Of a DNA stretch of 55,994 nucleotides, positions 17,517-26,928 are shown piece by piece (positions within the stretch are counted from its first letter, which is position 1; each line of letters starts with the position of its first letter). Source of the DNA: Candidatus Micrarchaeota archaeon. GTDB lineage: Archaea > Micrarchaeota > Micrarchaeia > Micrarchaeales > Micrarchaeaceae. Under the pieces are notes generated by a model, which worked only from the letters and a program-made list of their open reading frames with translations, ran no database searches and was not told the origin of the DNA. Location: NCBI GenBank assembly GCA_021812105.1, contig JAKAOQ010000001.1, forward strand, positions 1 to 55,994, read 5' to 3'. The translations under genes were made by a program, and so were the position numbers.

Positions 17517-18422
17517 ATGGTAGAATTGAGTGTAATAGTTGCGACCAAAAATGAGGACAACGGTCCGCACATAATAAGGGAACTCCAGAAGGCTTTCGGG
17601 GGCGATCTAGAGATAATAGTAGTGGACAAGAGTTCTCCAAAATACAGAAAGGTGCTTGAGGATACAGGAGTAAAAGTAGTGGAACAGCGTTCGGACGGCT
17701 ACGAGAACGCGGTCATGGAAGGCTTTGCGCTGGCTAGCGGGAGCATACTCGCGAACATAGACGCGGACGGCACACATTCTGTCAAAGACTTCAAGCGTGT
17801 TGTTGATGAACTTAAGCGCGTAAGAAGCCAGGGGTACGGCTTGGTTACGGGCAACAGGTACGGCAACATGTCAAAGGACGCGATGCCGGGCCACATAAGG
17901 TTTGGCAACGCTTTCCTGACCAAGCTTTTCAACCTGCTGTACAGGCAGAAGATGCACGACGTTATGAGCGGAGACGTGGTCATGACAAGAGAAGCATACG
18001 AAGAGATAAAGTATGTGCCACCGTATCGCGCCGGTTGCCTCTTCTTTGAGATAGAGCTGCTGAGGCGCGGTTTCAGGATAAGGGACATACCAATAAGCTA
18101 CAGAGCCAGGCAGGGCACGGAGTCAAAGATATCCAGAGTGAAGCCGATATATGGCCTCACCATAGCTTACAACGCGATAAGATATACCAGGGACTACAAC
18201 CCGCTGCTGCTGTTCGGTACAATCGGAATAGTACTCATAATAGGTGGGCTTGTGATAACTGGAATACTACTATCGTACCTGCTGCAGACTGGTAATCTTC
18301 TAGGTGTCGGAAGGGCTTTGATAGCTTTCATGCTATTCACGTTTGGATTCCTCTCAATAATCGCGGGGCTCATTCTCGACCTGCTTTTGGAGATAGAAAA
18401 GAAGCTGTACAGGAGGAAATAG
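17517..18422 (+). CDS. Family 2 glycosyltransferase (dolichyl-phosphate sugar synthase-like) with C-terminal TM helices
   Basis: LSVIVATKNE, IIVVDKSS, a DADGTH (DxD) motif, and two C-terminal hydrophobic helices. The track ORF starts at 17436. Confidence 0.8.
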   Translation: MVELSVIVATKNEDNGPHIIRELQKAFGGDLEIIVVDKSSPKYRKVLEDTGVKVVEQRSDGYENAVMEGFALASGSILANIDADGTHSVKDFKRVVDELKRVRSQGYGLVTGNRYGNMSKDAMPGHIRFGNAFLTKLFNLLYRQKMHDVMSGDVVMTREAYEEIKYVPPYRAGCLFFEIELLRRGFRIRDIPISYRARQGTESKISRVKPIYGLTIAYNAIRYTRDYNPLLLFGTIGIVLIIGGLVITGILLSYLLQTGNLLGVGRALIAFMLFTFGFLSIIAGLILDLLLEIEKKLYRRK

Positions 18423-18435
18423 GCGCTGAGCTTCG

Positions 18436-19125
18436 CTAAGACAGGCTTACAACGAGTGGACCGGAGAAGTTTGATTCTGGTGCCTTTATGTATATGGAGA
18501 GCACGAAGCTGCCGGCATCGTTTATTACAAAAGGGAGCTTTGGGTTCGATCCTTCAAACTCGAAGGGTTGGTCAACGTTTATTTTTACTACCTTGGATCC
18601 GTAGTTCAGTATCTTCATAAGCTGCAGATTCTGCTGGAATATATGGTTCTTCGGAACGTTCAGCATGTTGAGCGCGGATTCAGCCTCTACGCTCCTTCCG
18701 TAGCTGTTTACTATCACCTTTGTTATTTCTACATGAACGAACTCCCTGTTCTCCTCCTGGAACTCTAGAGTCAGCGGTCCGGAATAATTGTAGTCAGGGC
18801 CCTCTACGCTTATCTTGAACTCGACTCTCTCCTCGCTAGTTATCCTTCTTGGAATCGAGGGCTCTATCGCAAGGACCCTGAAGGGCTGCGAGGCCTGGAT
18901 TCCGTTGATTACTATCGGCTCGAAGTCGCTCGGTTTTATTATCTCTGCTTCGGTGAGCGAGTTTGCGTATGGCCTGTTCGTGAATGGGACGACCATGCTG
19001 AATATCTTGCCCTCTGCGCTAACCCCCTCTACGGTGTGAATCTCTCCCCTGAACTTGAGGTTGACCGCTGGTATGCTTATCATCTTCTTCTTTTTGAAAA
19101 GTCCTAATTTCATGAACTCACGCAT
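18436..19125 (-). CDS. Hypothetical protein with an internally duplicated beta-rich domain
   Basis: Two segments align: QPFRVLAIEPSIPRRITSEERVEFKISVEGPDYNYSGPLTLEF and QPFEFEGSNPKLPFVINDAGSFVLSIYIKAPESNFSGPLVVSL. It is the last gene of a tightly spaced minus-strand cluster. Confidence 0.5.
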   Translation of the reverse strand: MREFMKLGLFKKKKMISIPAVNLKFRGEIHTVEGVSAEGKIFSMVVPFTNRPYANSLTEAEIIKPSDFEPIVINGIQASQPFRVLAIEPSIPRRITSEERVEFKISVEGPDYNYSGPLTLEFQEENREFVHVEITKVIVNSYGRSVEAESALNMLNVPKNHIFQQNLQLMKILNYGSKVVKINVDQPFEFEGSNPKLPFVINDAGSFVLSIYIKAPESNFSGPLVVSLS

Positions 19126-19158
19126 TTTTGCTATGCCACAATTTAAATTGTGTTCACA

Positions 19159-20118
19159 TCAGAACCGCCTAAGCCGTACACCTAAGCTCTTCGAAAGGTT
19201 CTCCAGGTCCTGCGCTACGTAGAAGAAACCCATCCACGCCCAATTCCCCCATCTCTTGAGTCCTTCCCTCTTGACTTTCTCTATCATCGCCCTCGCATTC
19301 TTGGGCTCCTTTCCAAAGAAGAGAAGGCCGAAAACGTCTACCGACCACGCGTCTATCGGAAAACCTCCGTGGGGGTTGATTATGTCGGCCGCGTAGTCTC
19401 CAACCCCGGGCAGTTCCATCAGAGCGCTCTTTGCTTCCTGTAGCGACATAGAGAGTATCTGCTCGGAAGTTGGAAAACCCTTGACTATCATCTGCGCCGA
19501 TCGTATGAGATATTTCGCCCTGTATCCCAGATTGCACTCCTTTGCGAACGCCCCCGCTTTCAGACCTGCGATCCTCTCCGCCGACGGCTCTACCCTTATC
19601 ATTTTTCCGTCGAACGCGACCGGATCCCCATAGTGTTCGTTTATACTCTCGATCATCTTGTTGCTCCTGTCCAATCGTGCCATCTGCAGGCATATGCTGA
19701 GCACAACGGAATTGTAGAGGTAGCTCGTCTGTGTGTCGTGCATTCCATACAGGTCCTTTACCGTAATCTTCAATATGTCGTCCTTCTTCGCCATCGCATA
19801 AAAGCTCTCGAGGTCTTGGTCGGCTCCTATCATCGTCTTGAGATGTTTCACCATCCATTTCCTATCGGCAGCCGCGACTTTTGATTTTGTGAAAACGGAA
19901 ACGCGAACGCGCGGGTCGTCTATGGTACCAAGGGATTCCATCCTTATCCCTGCCATGATGCCCTTCAGCCTCGTGGCCGTCCAAAAGGTCTTTCCTTCGA
20001 GTATCTCTCCTGCGTTGAACAGGTTCCAACCAACTGGCTTCTTTACCGTTAGCTCGAAGTCGAACGGCGGGACCGGCTGCAGATAGAATTGGAAACTCTG
20101 GCCTAGGCTTATGGTCAT
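19159..20118 (-). CDS. HhH-GPD superfamily DNA glycosylase (AlkA/Ogg-like)
   Basis: Helix-hairpin-helix LMELPGVGDYAADII followed by the Asp motif FPIDAWSVDVF. AlkA-like N-terminal domain (PVPPFDFELTV). ATG 20118 lies 4 nt after the upstream sulfatase stop; the track ORF extends to 20154. Confidence 0.75.
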   Translation of the reverse strand: MTISLGQSFQFYLQPVPPFDFELTVKKPVGWNLFNAGEILEGKTFWTATRLKGIMAGIRMESLGTIDDPRVRVSVFTKSKVAAADRKWMVKHLKTMIGADQDLESFYAMAKKDDILKITVKDLYGMHDTQTSYLYNSVVLSICLQMARLDRSNKMIESINEHYGDPVAFDGKMIRVEPSAERIAGLKAGAFAKECNLGYRAKYLIRSAQMIVKGFPTSEQILSMSLQEAKSALMELPGVGDYAADIINPHGGFPIDAWSVDVFGLLFFGKEPKNARAMIEKVKREGLKRWGNWAWMGFFYVAQDLENLSKSLGVRLRRF

Positions 20119-20122
20119 CTCT

Positions 20123-21346
20123 TCACTCCGTTCTGCCGAAACGCCGTATCGCATGCCTGTCGTACCTGTTGATCTTCCTCATGTCTATACCGTCTACGGC
20201 TCTTATGTTGGCGGGTATACCAAAACTTTCCGAATACACGCCATTGCTGTAAAGTAGCGAAAGGTCTGTATGGCCCTTTATTGAGGAAAGCAAAAATCTT
20301 TTAACATTGACCAGGCTGGCGTAACCGTTGTTATACTTTCTGCCGCCCTCTTCCGCTCCTATAACGGCCATAGGTATTCGCACTATTGAATCGTAGAGCA
20401 TCGTGCCATGACCTATGAATCCCTGTTCGTTGAATGCCTGTCCGTGATCGCTTGTTATGATTATGGTCTGATCTCCGTAGTTGTCGAGCAGGTGTTTCGA
20501 TATTCTGAGCGCGTAGTCGTAGGCCATCCTCGAAGCCCGGGAGTACTTCCGCTTCCATAGCTCCAATAGCTCGGGATTGATCTTCTTCCTCATAAACGAT
20601 GTAGACCACGTCAGGTCGAGGCCTTTTTTCCCTATGTAAGGATCGTGCGCTTCCATCAGGTTTATGAACATGAAGAATGGTTTTCTCATCTCGGTGCTGC
20701 GGACTCTAGACGCTATGTACCTGCCGCCTTTCTCCAGGGGCCATCCCTGCAGCTTGGCCTTTGATTTCTTTAGAAGGGACAGCGCAGAAAACACGGTTCC
20801 CGAGGCTATCAGCTCCATGAGCAGGGGCGGATCGTTGGACGCGGCCTTGAGAACGCGCAACCCGTCGCTTATCGAGTCCATGAAAGAGCGGTAGCCTACC
20901 GCGCTCCTGTCGGCTTTGTGCTCCTCTACGAACCTCTTGAGCTTCTTTGACACTTCGAGCGTGCTACCGTAGACGTCCGTGTAGTACGATTCCTCGTGGA
21001 AGTGCTTGAATTCGTTGAACCCGTATATAGGATGCACGTACGGGTTCGCCGATATGGCGTACGTATCAAAGCCCATCCGGTTGAGATCACTCACGAAGGT
21101 CTTCTTCTTCAACTTTATCTCATTTATGTCGAAAGACTTCACATACTTGGTTTCATGGGACCCGTGCTCTCCCGGATAGAGCCCTGTGAAAAGCGATGCG
21201 TGAGACGGTAGCGTCCACGCGGATGGAGCTATACAGTTTTCGATAAACTTCGCGCCAAGTTTCTCAAAGCCGTGCAGGCTGCTTTCTATAGAATTGAATT
21301 CATCAAGACGCATCGTATCCATTACTATTATTGTGAAACTCCTCAT
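20123..21346 (-). CDS. Sulfatase/alkaline-phosphatase superfamily hydrolase or transferase
   Basis: IIVMDTMRLDEF, APSAWTLPSHASLFTGLYPGEHG and ITSDHGQAF are the superfamily metal and nucleophile motifs. There is no canonical CxPxR. Confidence 0.75.
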   Translation of the reverse strand: MRSFTIIVMDTMRLDEFNSIESSLHGFEKLGAKFIENCIAPSAWTLPSHASLFTGLYPGEHGSHETKYVKSFDINEIKLKKKTFVSDLNRMGFDTYAISANPYVHPIYGFNEFKHFHEESYYTDVYGSTLEVSKKLKRFVEEHKADRSAVGYRSFMDSISDGLRVLKAASNDPPLLMELIASGTVFSALSLLKKSKAKLQGWPLEKGGRYIASRVRSTEMRKPFFMFINLMEAHDPYIGKKGLDLTWSTSFMRKKINPELLELWKRKYSRASRMAYDYALRISKHLLDNYGDQTIIITSDHGQAFNEQGFIGHGTMLYDSIVRIPMAVIGAEEGGRKYNNGYASLVNVKRFLLSSIKGHTDLSLLYSNGVYSESFGIPANIRAVDGIDMRKINRYDRHAIRRFGRTE

Positions 21347-21359
21347 ATACGCACCATAT

Positions 21360-22571
21360 TTAATCTACGATCTCCCTGAAAAGCTTTGCGTAACTGGAAA
21401 GCATATTACTCTTGCTGAACCTAAACGCTATCTTGCTCGAAGAGATAACTGTGTTCTTCATGGTGTTTTTGTCCTTGGCCAGAAGCAGTATCTTGCTCGC
21501 CAGATCGCCCGGATCATGAGTCTTGAACGTCATGGCTCCAGTAAATTTTATGTCATCTATGAGCGCATTCTCCGAGAACAGTATCGGTATGCCGTGAGCC
21601 GAGGCTTCAAGCATTGTAAGGTTGAAACTCTCCCACACCGAAGGCACTACGAACAGATTCGCCGCTTTGTAGAAGCACGGCAGCTCTTTTTCGTCAACTT
21701 CCCCCACGAACTTTATCCTGCCATCATTGCCAGCCAGGTTCTTGTAGTACTCGAGGGATTGTCCGTTCCCTACAAGGAGAAGCTTGAAGTTATTGTCATA
21801 TATCCTGTTGAATGCTTTTATCAGCACGCTTACGTTCTTCTGCCTTTCAAACATCCTTCCCAAGTATAGTACAACGAAATCGCCTTCTTTTATGTCCGCG
21901 GCGCTCCTGATTTCTTCAAGCGTCTTGTTGCTCTGGCACTTTCCTTTGTCCAGTCCATTGGGTATGTATTCTACGTTGCTGTTGTAGCGCTTTAGCATGG
22001 ATAACTGCGCCTTATTTAGCGCCACGCACGCATCAAAAAATCCGAAGAACTTCTTCTTGGCGGATTCCAGACTCATGGCGGTTAGCCCTGTGCCGAGCGT
22101 TACGGCGAGTCCCTCCTTGCTGAAATATCCAGAAACGTTGCTGTTAGATATTGAAGCATGGTCTATGTAAACGCTCTTGAACGTCATGTTACTTCTTAGG
22201 AACCTAAGGATAGGAAAGTCCCATACCGAGTTTGACACTATTATGTCGGGCTTTATTTTCCTTACGCGTTCTAGTATCTCACGCTTGTCCATACCCAAAT
22301 CTAGCATGTTCCTTCCGAGCAGAAAGAAATATCCAGCGCGCATAATCCAGTTCTCTGTCAGGCCGCTTGATTTCAATTCAGGTCTGAGCCATGGCTTGGA
22401 TCTGCTTAGCATTATCGTGTTCCTGCCCTTCTTAAGGTACGAGGTTTCATATCCTAGATAGTACATGTTAAACTGGTTCTTTAGATCCCTGAAGAGAACG
22501 CTAGCCACTCTTGGAACCCCCCCTACAGCGTGGGTCCTTGAACCGAAATCCATTATCATAACTTTGGTCAT
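21360..22571 (-). CDS. GT4-family (GT-B fold) glycosyltransferase
   Basis: VVPSVWESFNLTMLEASAHGIPIL matches the E-x7-E region typical of Glycos_transf_1. Confidence 0.8.
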   Translation of the reverse strand: MTKVMIMDFGSRTHAVGGVPRVASVLFRDLKNQFNMYYLGYETSYLKKGRNTIMLSRSKPWLRPELKSSGLTENWIMRAGYFFLLGRNMLDLGMDKREILERVRKIKPDIIVSNSVWDFPILRFLRSNMTFKSVYIDHASISNSNVSGYFSKEGLAVTLGTGLTAMSLESAKKKFFGFFDACVALNKAQLSMLKRYNSNVEYIPNGLDKGKCQSNKTLEEIRSAADIKEGDFVVLYLGRMFERQKNVSVLIKAFNRIYDNNFKLLLVGNGQSLEYYKNLAGNDGRIKFVGEVDEKELPCFYKAANLFVVPSVWESFNLTMLEASAHGIPILFSENALIDDIKFTGAMTFKTHDPGDLASKILLLAKDKNTMKNTVISSSKIAFRFSKSNMLSSYAKLFREIVD

Positions 22572-22582
22572 ACGCGGTCACA

Positions 22583-23551
22583 TCACTCTATGCGCTTGCA
22601 GTGAAGCACATTCAGGATCATGTTCTCATTTCCATACCTTATGTTTATCGGCAACTTGGGCACGCTCTTCTTCACGTCAAAACCGCAGCCCTTTAGCCTT
22701 CTGACTATATTGAGATAACCGTGGTGGGCTTCTATCGCCATTTCGGTGAATGCGTTCAGAGTTGCATCGTCAGAATCAAGTATTATGCCGTACTCGCACC
22801 CCTCGCAGTCAAGCTTCAGCGCTGCACCATCCAGACCAAAGCGTTCCACTATCTCTGACAACCGCGATACTTTTACCTTTTTGCCCTTTCTGGAAGATCT
22901 CAGTGCACTGCTTCCATGGCTTTCGTAATCCTCCGATACGCTTATATATGAAGACACGCCACCGCAACCCTCGTTGATAGGCGTTATCTTGCTCCCAAGC
23001 CCGTTAGACCTGATGTTCTTGAGAAGTAGTTTGTATGAGTACGGGAACGGCTCAAAAGCGTAAACGTGCTTTGCGCCGTTGAGCGCAAAATATATCGCCG
23101 TGTCACCTATGTTCGCCCCAACATCTATTACGACCTTGCCCCTTACGTCGAGCATCCCGTATTGCTCCTCGTAGAAATTCTCTCTGATTAACCTTAGTAT
23201 GTTGCCTCTCTGCAGCTTTGATGACGCGGTGAATCTTAGTCGCCTACCTCTAAACGTAAAAGCTACCCCTCTTGGATCGCTCCTTATGTTAAGTTTCCTG
23301 TATGCGCTGCTTGCGATGAGCGGATTCTCGTTGAAGAAATTCACAAATTCGGCTTTGCTGTTTATTATACTGTTTTTGCCGTTCCTGGGCCTGAGCACTA
23401 CATGCCTCTTCAGTCCGAACCTGAAAAGCAGAACGTCGTACCAGTTTGAGACAGTGAACAGCACCTTGTATGTGCCCAAAAAGTCCAGAGGCTTGCGTAG
23501 GTAAACTAGTATATTGTCCGCGAATGATATGTTTTTGTACACGCAATACAC
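22583..23551 (-). CDS. FkbM-family SAM-dependent methyltransferase
   Basis: VVIDVGANIGDTAIYFALNGAKHVYAFEPFPYSYKLLLKNI is the FkbM/SAM-binding motif. Confidence 0.75.
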   Translation of the reverse strand: MYCVYKNISFADNILVYLRKPLDFLGTYKVLFTVSNWYDVLLFRFGLKRHVVLRPRNGKNSIINSKAEFVNFFNENPLIASSAYRKLNIRSDPRGVAFTFRGRRLRFTASSKLQRGNILRLIRENFYEEQYGMLDVRGKVVIDVGANIGDTAIYFALNGAKHVYAFEPFPYSYKLLLKNIRSNGLGSKITPINEGCGGVSSYISVSEDYESHGSSALRSSRKGKKVKVSRLSEIVERFGLDGAALKLDCEGCEYGIILDSDDATLNAFTEMAIEAHHGYLNIVRRLKGCGFDVKKSVPKLPINIRYGNENMILNVLHCKRIE

Positions 23552-23680
23552 GATGCACTGTCTTTGTGCTCTGACTTGTCATTATGCCTTAATAATCTTT
23601 TCTGTGCCTCGACTATGCTTTTAACGTAGTCTGAGGAAACCAATAAATATTATTAAAATAAAGGTGTTTTTAGTGATGGT

Positions 23681-24196
23681 ATGACATTTCAAACCATAAC
23701 TGATGACAGTAACAAGGAGTATTCGTATAAAAGGCTAAGGGTAGAAATCGGTAGAGAGGGGGTGAGCGCTCTCCACAGAGGACTGGGACACGAGAAATAC
23801 CGCACGGTTTTTACAATAAGAAAGACTGAGGACGGTACACTATACAGCGATGTAAACGGCACCAAATTGTATCTGGATTCCGCGAAACTACCTACCAGCA
23901 TAGAATCGGTAGTACAGACCATGTCCAGCTTAAAATACAGGATCGACGATCTGATAAAGAAGGAGATAGAAGCTGATTTGAAAAGAACGAGCTATACAGA
24001 GAGGTACATAAATGCAATAAGCTCTGGTATAATAGCTTTTCCCGGCTACGCATATGATCCGGAACCGGCCGCGGTGTCGTATTATCGGGAGAGTATAAAA
24101 CTGCTTAATTCCGGAATAGAAACTCTCAGCAAGGGAGAGCTGGCACACGATCCAAGGCTAGAAGCATTCTTCCTGCGCGGTACAAGAAAACAGTAA
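23681..24196 (+). CDS. Hypothetical protein (171 aa)
   Basis: ORF with an AAGGTG SD-like element and an AT-rich TATA region upstream; no recognisable motif. Confidence 0.5.
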   Translation: MTFQTITDDSNKEYSYKRLRVEIGREGVSALHRGLGHEKYRTVFTIRKTEDGTLYSDVNGTKLYLDSAKLPTSIESVVQTMSSLKYRIDDLIKKEIEADLKRTSYTERYINAISSGIIAFPGYAYDPEPAAVSYYRESIKLLNSGIETLSKGELAHDPRLEAFFLRGTRKQ

Positions 24197-24273
24197 CAGC
24201 GTTCACACCATAACCGCGGCTTTATCGGTGCACAAACGTTAAAAGCGTTCGTAGGTAAAAATACCAGTTCTGG

Positions 24274-24936
24274 TTGTTGGCTATGGAGGTTAGCGGTATC
24301 GGTGCAATAACAGATCGGAAACTTTGGGATAGAGGAATCGCGTATCTTAGGAGGCGTGACAGGAAGCTGGCACGGATTCTGACTAAAGAGAGTTACCATG
24401 ACGTGAAGTTGGACGGCGATTATTACGGTGCACTCGTGGAATCGATAGTATATCAACAGATAGCTGGTAACGCTGCGGAGTCTATAATGAAGAAGTTTAA
24501 AGGGTTATACAAAGGCAGGATACCGAAGCCGTCTGAATTTCTCAGTACGGAAGAGCACTTAGTAAAGAGATCTGGAATCTCTCCGCAAAAATACTCGTAT
24601 ATAAAGGACCTTAGCGAGAGGTTGGAGAAGGGGTTGGTTGAACTGGAGAAGCTGAACTCGCTTCCTGACGCAAAAGTTATAGAAAAGCTGGACGCGGTTA
24701 AGGGTATAGGTCGGTGGACTGCAGAGATGTTTTTGATTTTCAGTCTCGGAAGAACAGATGTTCTACCTATGGATGATCTTGGTATAAGGAAAGCGGTGAA
24801 GAGTGCATACAACCTTAGAGAGTTGCCCGATGCCAAGAAGCTTACGCGACTCTCTAAGAACTGGCACCCGTACTGCACGATCGCGACTCTCTGCCTGTGG
24901 AGAAGCCACGACGTTGTAACGCAGGGGAAGAAATGA
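24274..24936 (+). CDS. DNA-3-methyladenine glycosylase II-like (AlkA/Mag, HhH-GPD)
   Basis: LDAVKGIGRWTAEMFLIFSLGRTDVLPMDDLGIRKAV gives the HhH plus catalytic Asp motif. Confidence 0.8.
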   Translation: MLAMEVSGIGAITDRKLWDRGIAYLRRRDRKLARILTKESYHDVKLDGDYYGALVESIVYQQIAGNAAESIMKKFKGLYKGRIPKPSEFLSTEEHLVKRSGISPQKYSYIKDLSERLEKGLVELEKLNSLPDAKVIEKLDAVKGIGRWTAEMFLIFSLGRTDVLPMDDLGIRKAVKSAYNLRELPDAKKLTRLSKNWHPYCTIATLCLWRSHDVVTQGKK

Positions 24937-24975
24937 TACCACAAAGGGCGGGCGCGGCGCTTCCGTTACGTCAAT

Positions 24976-25572
24976 TCAATAAGTGTCAAGCTTGCGCAGA
25001 TACGTGTTGTAGTCTGTTTTGGCAATCCCTGTTTTAGAGCCTGTAATTTCTCTTACAATATCTGTAATCTCCTTCGCGGCTATATTGTGCTTGTGAGCAT
25101 ATTCAGCTGCAGAGTCCACGTCACCGCTCCTTAGATAGACCTTGAATTGCTCCCTGCTCATATCGCGGCTGGGGGCAAGATTAAATATAGACATTGCAAG
25201 CTCACCCGCTCGCGTGTAGCCCTTCGCATAGAGGACGTTGATTCCTTTTGCCTCGGCCTCTTTGCGTTTCTCATCGGCTAAAGTGAGGGGTTCGGTAGGA
25301 AACGCGTTATCTAATTTCTGTGCATAGTCAATCAATCCGTATTCAATGCAGCGTTCTATGGCTTCGTTGACGCGATCGCTGTCAAAGTTCAGTCCTCTTA
25401 ACCTTTTTGCTCCATCGGCCAGGACAATCGCTTCCGAGATTATGTTGTCTATTTTCTTTGTCAGGTAGGGTTCATGCAAGTATGCTGCTAACCCTTCCAT
25501 TTTAGTTTTTATTATAAGCCGTTTTGCTTCTTCCTCGCTTAAAGTAGCCGTGCTGTCTTTAGGTACCATCAA
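24976..25572 (-). CDS. Hypothetical helical protein (198 aa)
   Basis: ORF only, with protein-like composition and no motif recognised. Confidence 0.45.
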   Translation of the reverse strand: MMVPKDSTATLSEEEAKRLIIKTKMEGLAAYLHEPYLTKKIDNIISEAIVLADGAKRLRGLNFDSDRVNEAIERCIEYGLIDYAQKLDNAFPTEPLTLADEKRKEAEAKGINVLYAKGYTRAGELAMSIFNLAPSRDMSREQFKVYLRSGDVDSAAEYAHKHNIAAKEITDIVREITGSKTGIAKTDYNTYLRKLDTY

Positions 25573-25665
25573 GTCACCTCCACAGGTATAGATGCGTTTA
25601 GATATATAAATTTTACCAACATTGAGACTGCGTAACAGTCAAAAAGAAGTTAGTTTACTGTTCAG

Positions 25666-26856
25666 TCATTCGTAGATTCTCCTCCACATTCTTTTGGCTA
25701 GCTCACCGCTATACATAAATTTATCAAGCATTTCCGGGCTCTTTTCCCTTCTCCTCCTGTGCTCCCCAAGGAATCCGTTCAATTTCTCGGCGAGTACCTT
25801 TTTCACCTCTCCGGTCAACATCTTTCCTGAAGAGTATTCGCTCCTTATCCTTTCTACCTCGCTATCATCATCATCGAATAAGTAGTATAACCACTGAAAT
25901 GGCACGTCAACATCGACGTTCGCACCAAGCCTTCTTTGTTCCTCAACGGTGCTCTGCCCTCCCGAAAAGGCGTATTTCATGATCTTGTTCTCCACGATCT
26001 CTGGCGGGTCAGTTAGGTACACCGCGGAGTCCGCGGTTGATGAGCTCATCTTACCTTCAATCCCACTTAATGGAGGAAGGAATTTGCTGTGTATCTCAGC
26101 CGCCTTGTAGTATCCCAGCGACTCCGCTAGGTCTCTTTGAAGTCTCCAGTAGGGGTCTTGGTCTATCGCAGCTGGTATAAGGCACCGTTTATTCTCAAAC
26201 ATGGTAGGAACGATCTGTATCGCCGGATAGAATATCATGCCGATGTTTGTCGAAGGATCGAAGCCAAAAGTGGATCTGACCTGGGAGAAGTTGATTTTCT
26301 TCGCTATTTTGGTAACTAGAGGGTAGATATTCTTTATGTATTCAGAGTCCTTGAATATGAACGTCTTGTCCGGGTCAAATCCGACCGCTACTATGTCGAG
26401 GATATTCTGACGAGCCGCCTCGCCTACCTGCTCAATTGTGTAATCTGAATTTCTCATGAACTTTTCGTCATCGGTAATCTCTATGTACAGGTTGACCCCG
26501 AACACGTCCTGCAGCCATTTCGTGAATACGAATGGTGCGAGGTGGCCGATGTGCATCCCGAGAGAAGGCCCCCGGCCCGTATAGAGGAAGAATCCCTTTC
26601 CGTCCCTGTAATCCTTCAATACTAGATCAAGATCTCTGTGGGAAAAAAATATATCACGCCGCAGCATAACATGAAGTTTTCCATCTGCTATTTTCTCCAT
26701 GTCTCTTTTTATAGCGCTGCTTATCCTCTGTGTACCGAAGCGCTTTATCAGTTTGTCGTAGTCGACCTTGCCGGTCACTTCCCACGGTGTAACCTTGAAA
26801 TCCGAATCCTCGGTTTTCCCTGGTTTAGCTTCCGCGTCTCCGGGCTTGGTATCCAT
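25666..26856 (-). CDS. trpS: Tryptophanyl-tRNA synthetase, archaeal/eukaryotic type
   Basis: FFLYTGRGPSLGMHIGHLAPFVFTKWLQDVFGVNLYIEITDDEKF and KMSSS. Confidence 0.92.
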   Translation of the reverse strand: MDTKPGDAEAKPGKTEDSDFKVTPWEVTGKVDYDKLIKRFGTQRISSAIKRDMEKIADGKLHVMLRRDIFFSHRDLDLVLKDYRDGKGFFLYTGRGPSLGMHIGHLAPFVFTKWLQDVFGVNLYIEITDDEKFMRNSDYTIEQVGEAARQNILDIVAVGFDPDKTFIFKDSEYIKNIYPLVTKIAKKINFSQVRSTFGFDPSTNIGMIFYPAIQIVPTMFENKRCLIPAAIDQDPYWRLQRDLAESLGYYKAAEIHSKFLPPLSGIEGKMSSSTADSAVYLTDPPEIVENKIMKYAFSGGQSTVEEQRRLGANVDVDVPFQWLYYLFDDDDSEVERIRSEYSSGKMLTGEVKKVLAEKLNGFLGEHRRRREKSPEMLDKFMYSGELAKRMWRRIYE

Positions 26857-26928
26857 AGTATCTGCTTATCAATTTGAATATGACAACACATTTAACAATT
26901 GCGCACAACGATGCCGGTTATCCCGACT

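Noticed and set aside
19169-19858. 229-aa alternative-frame ORF on the same strand as the AlkA-like gene
   Set aside because: The translation is R/G/E-rich and low in complexity, while the other frame carries the HhH-GPD motifs.
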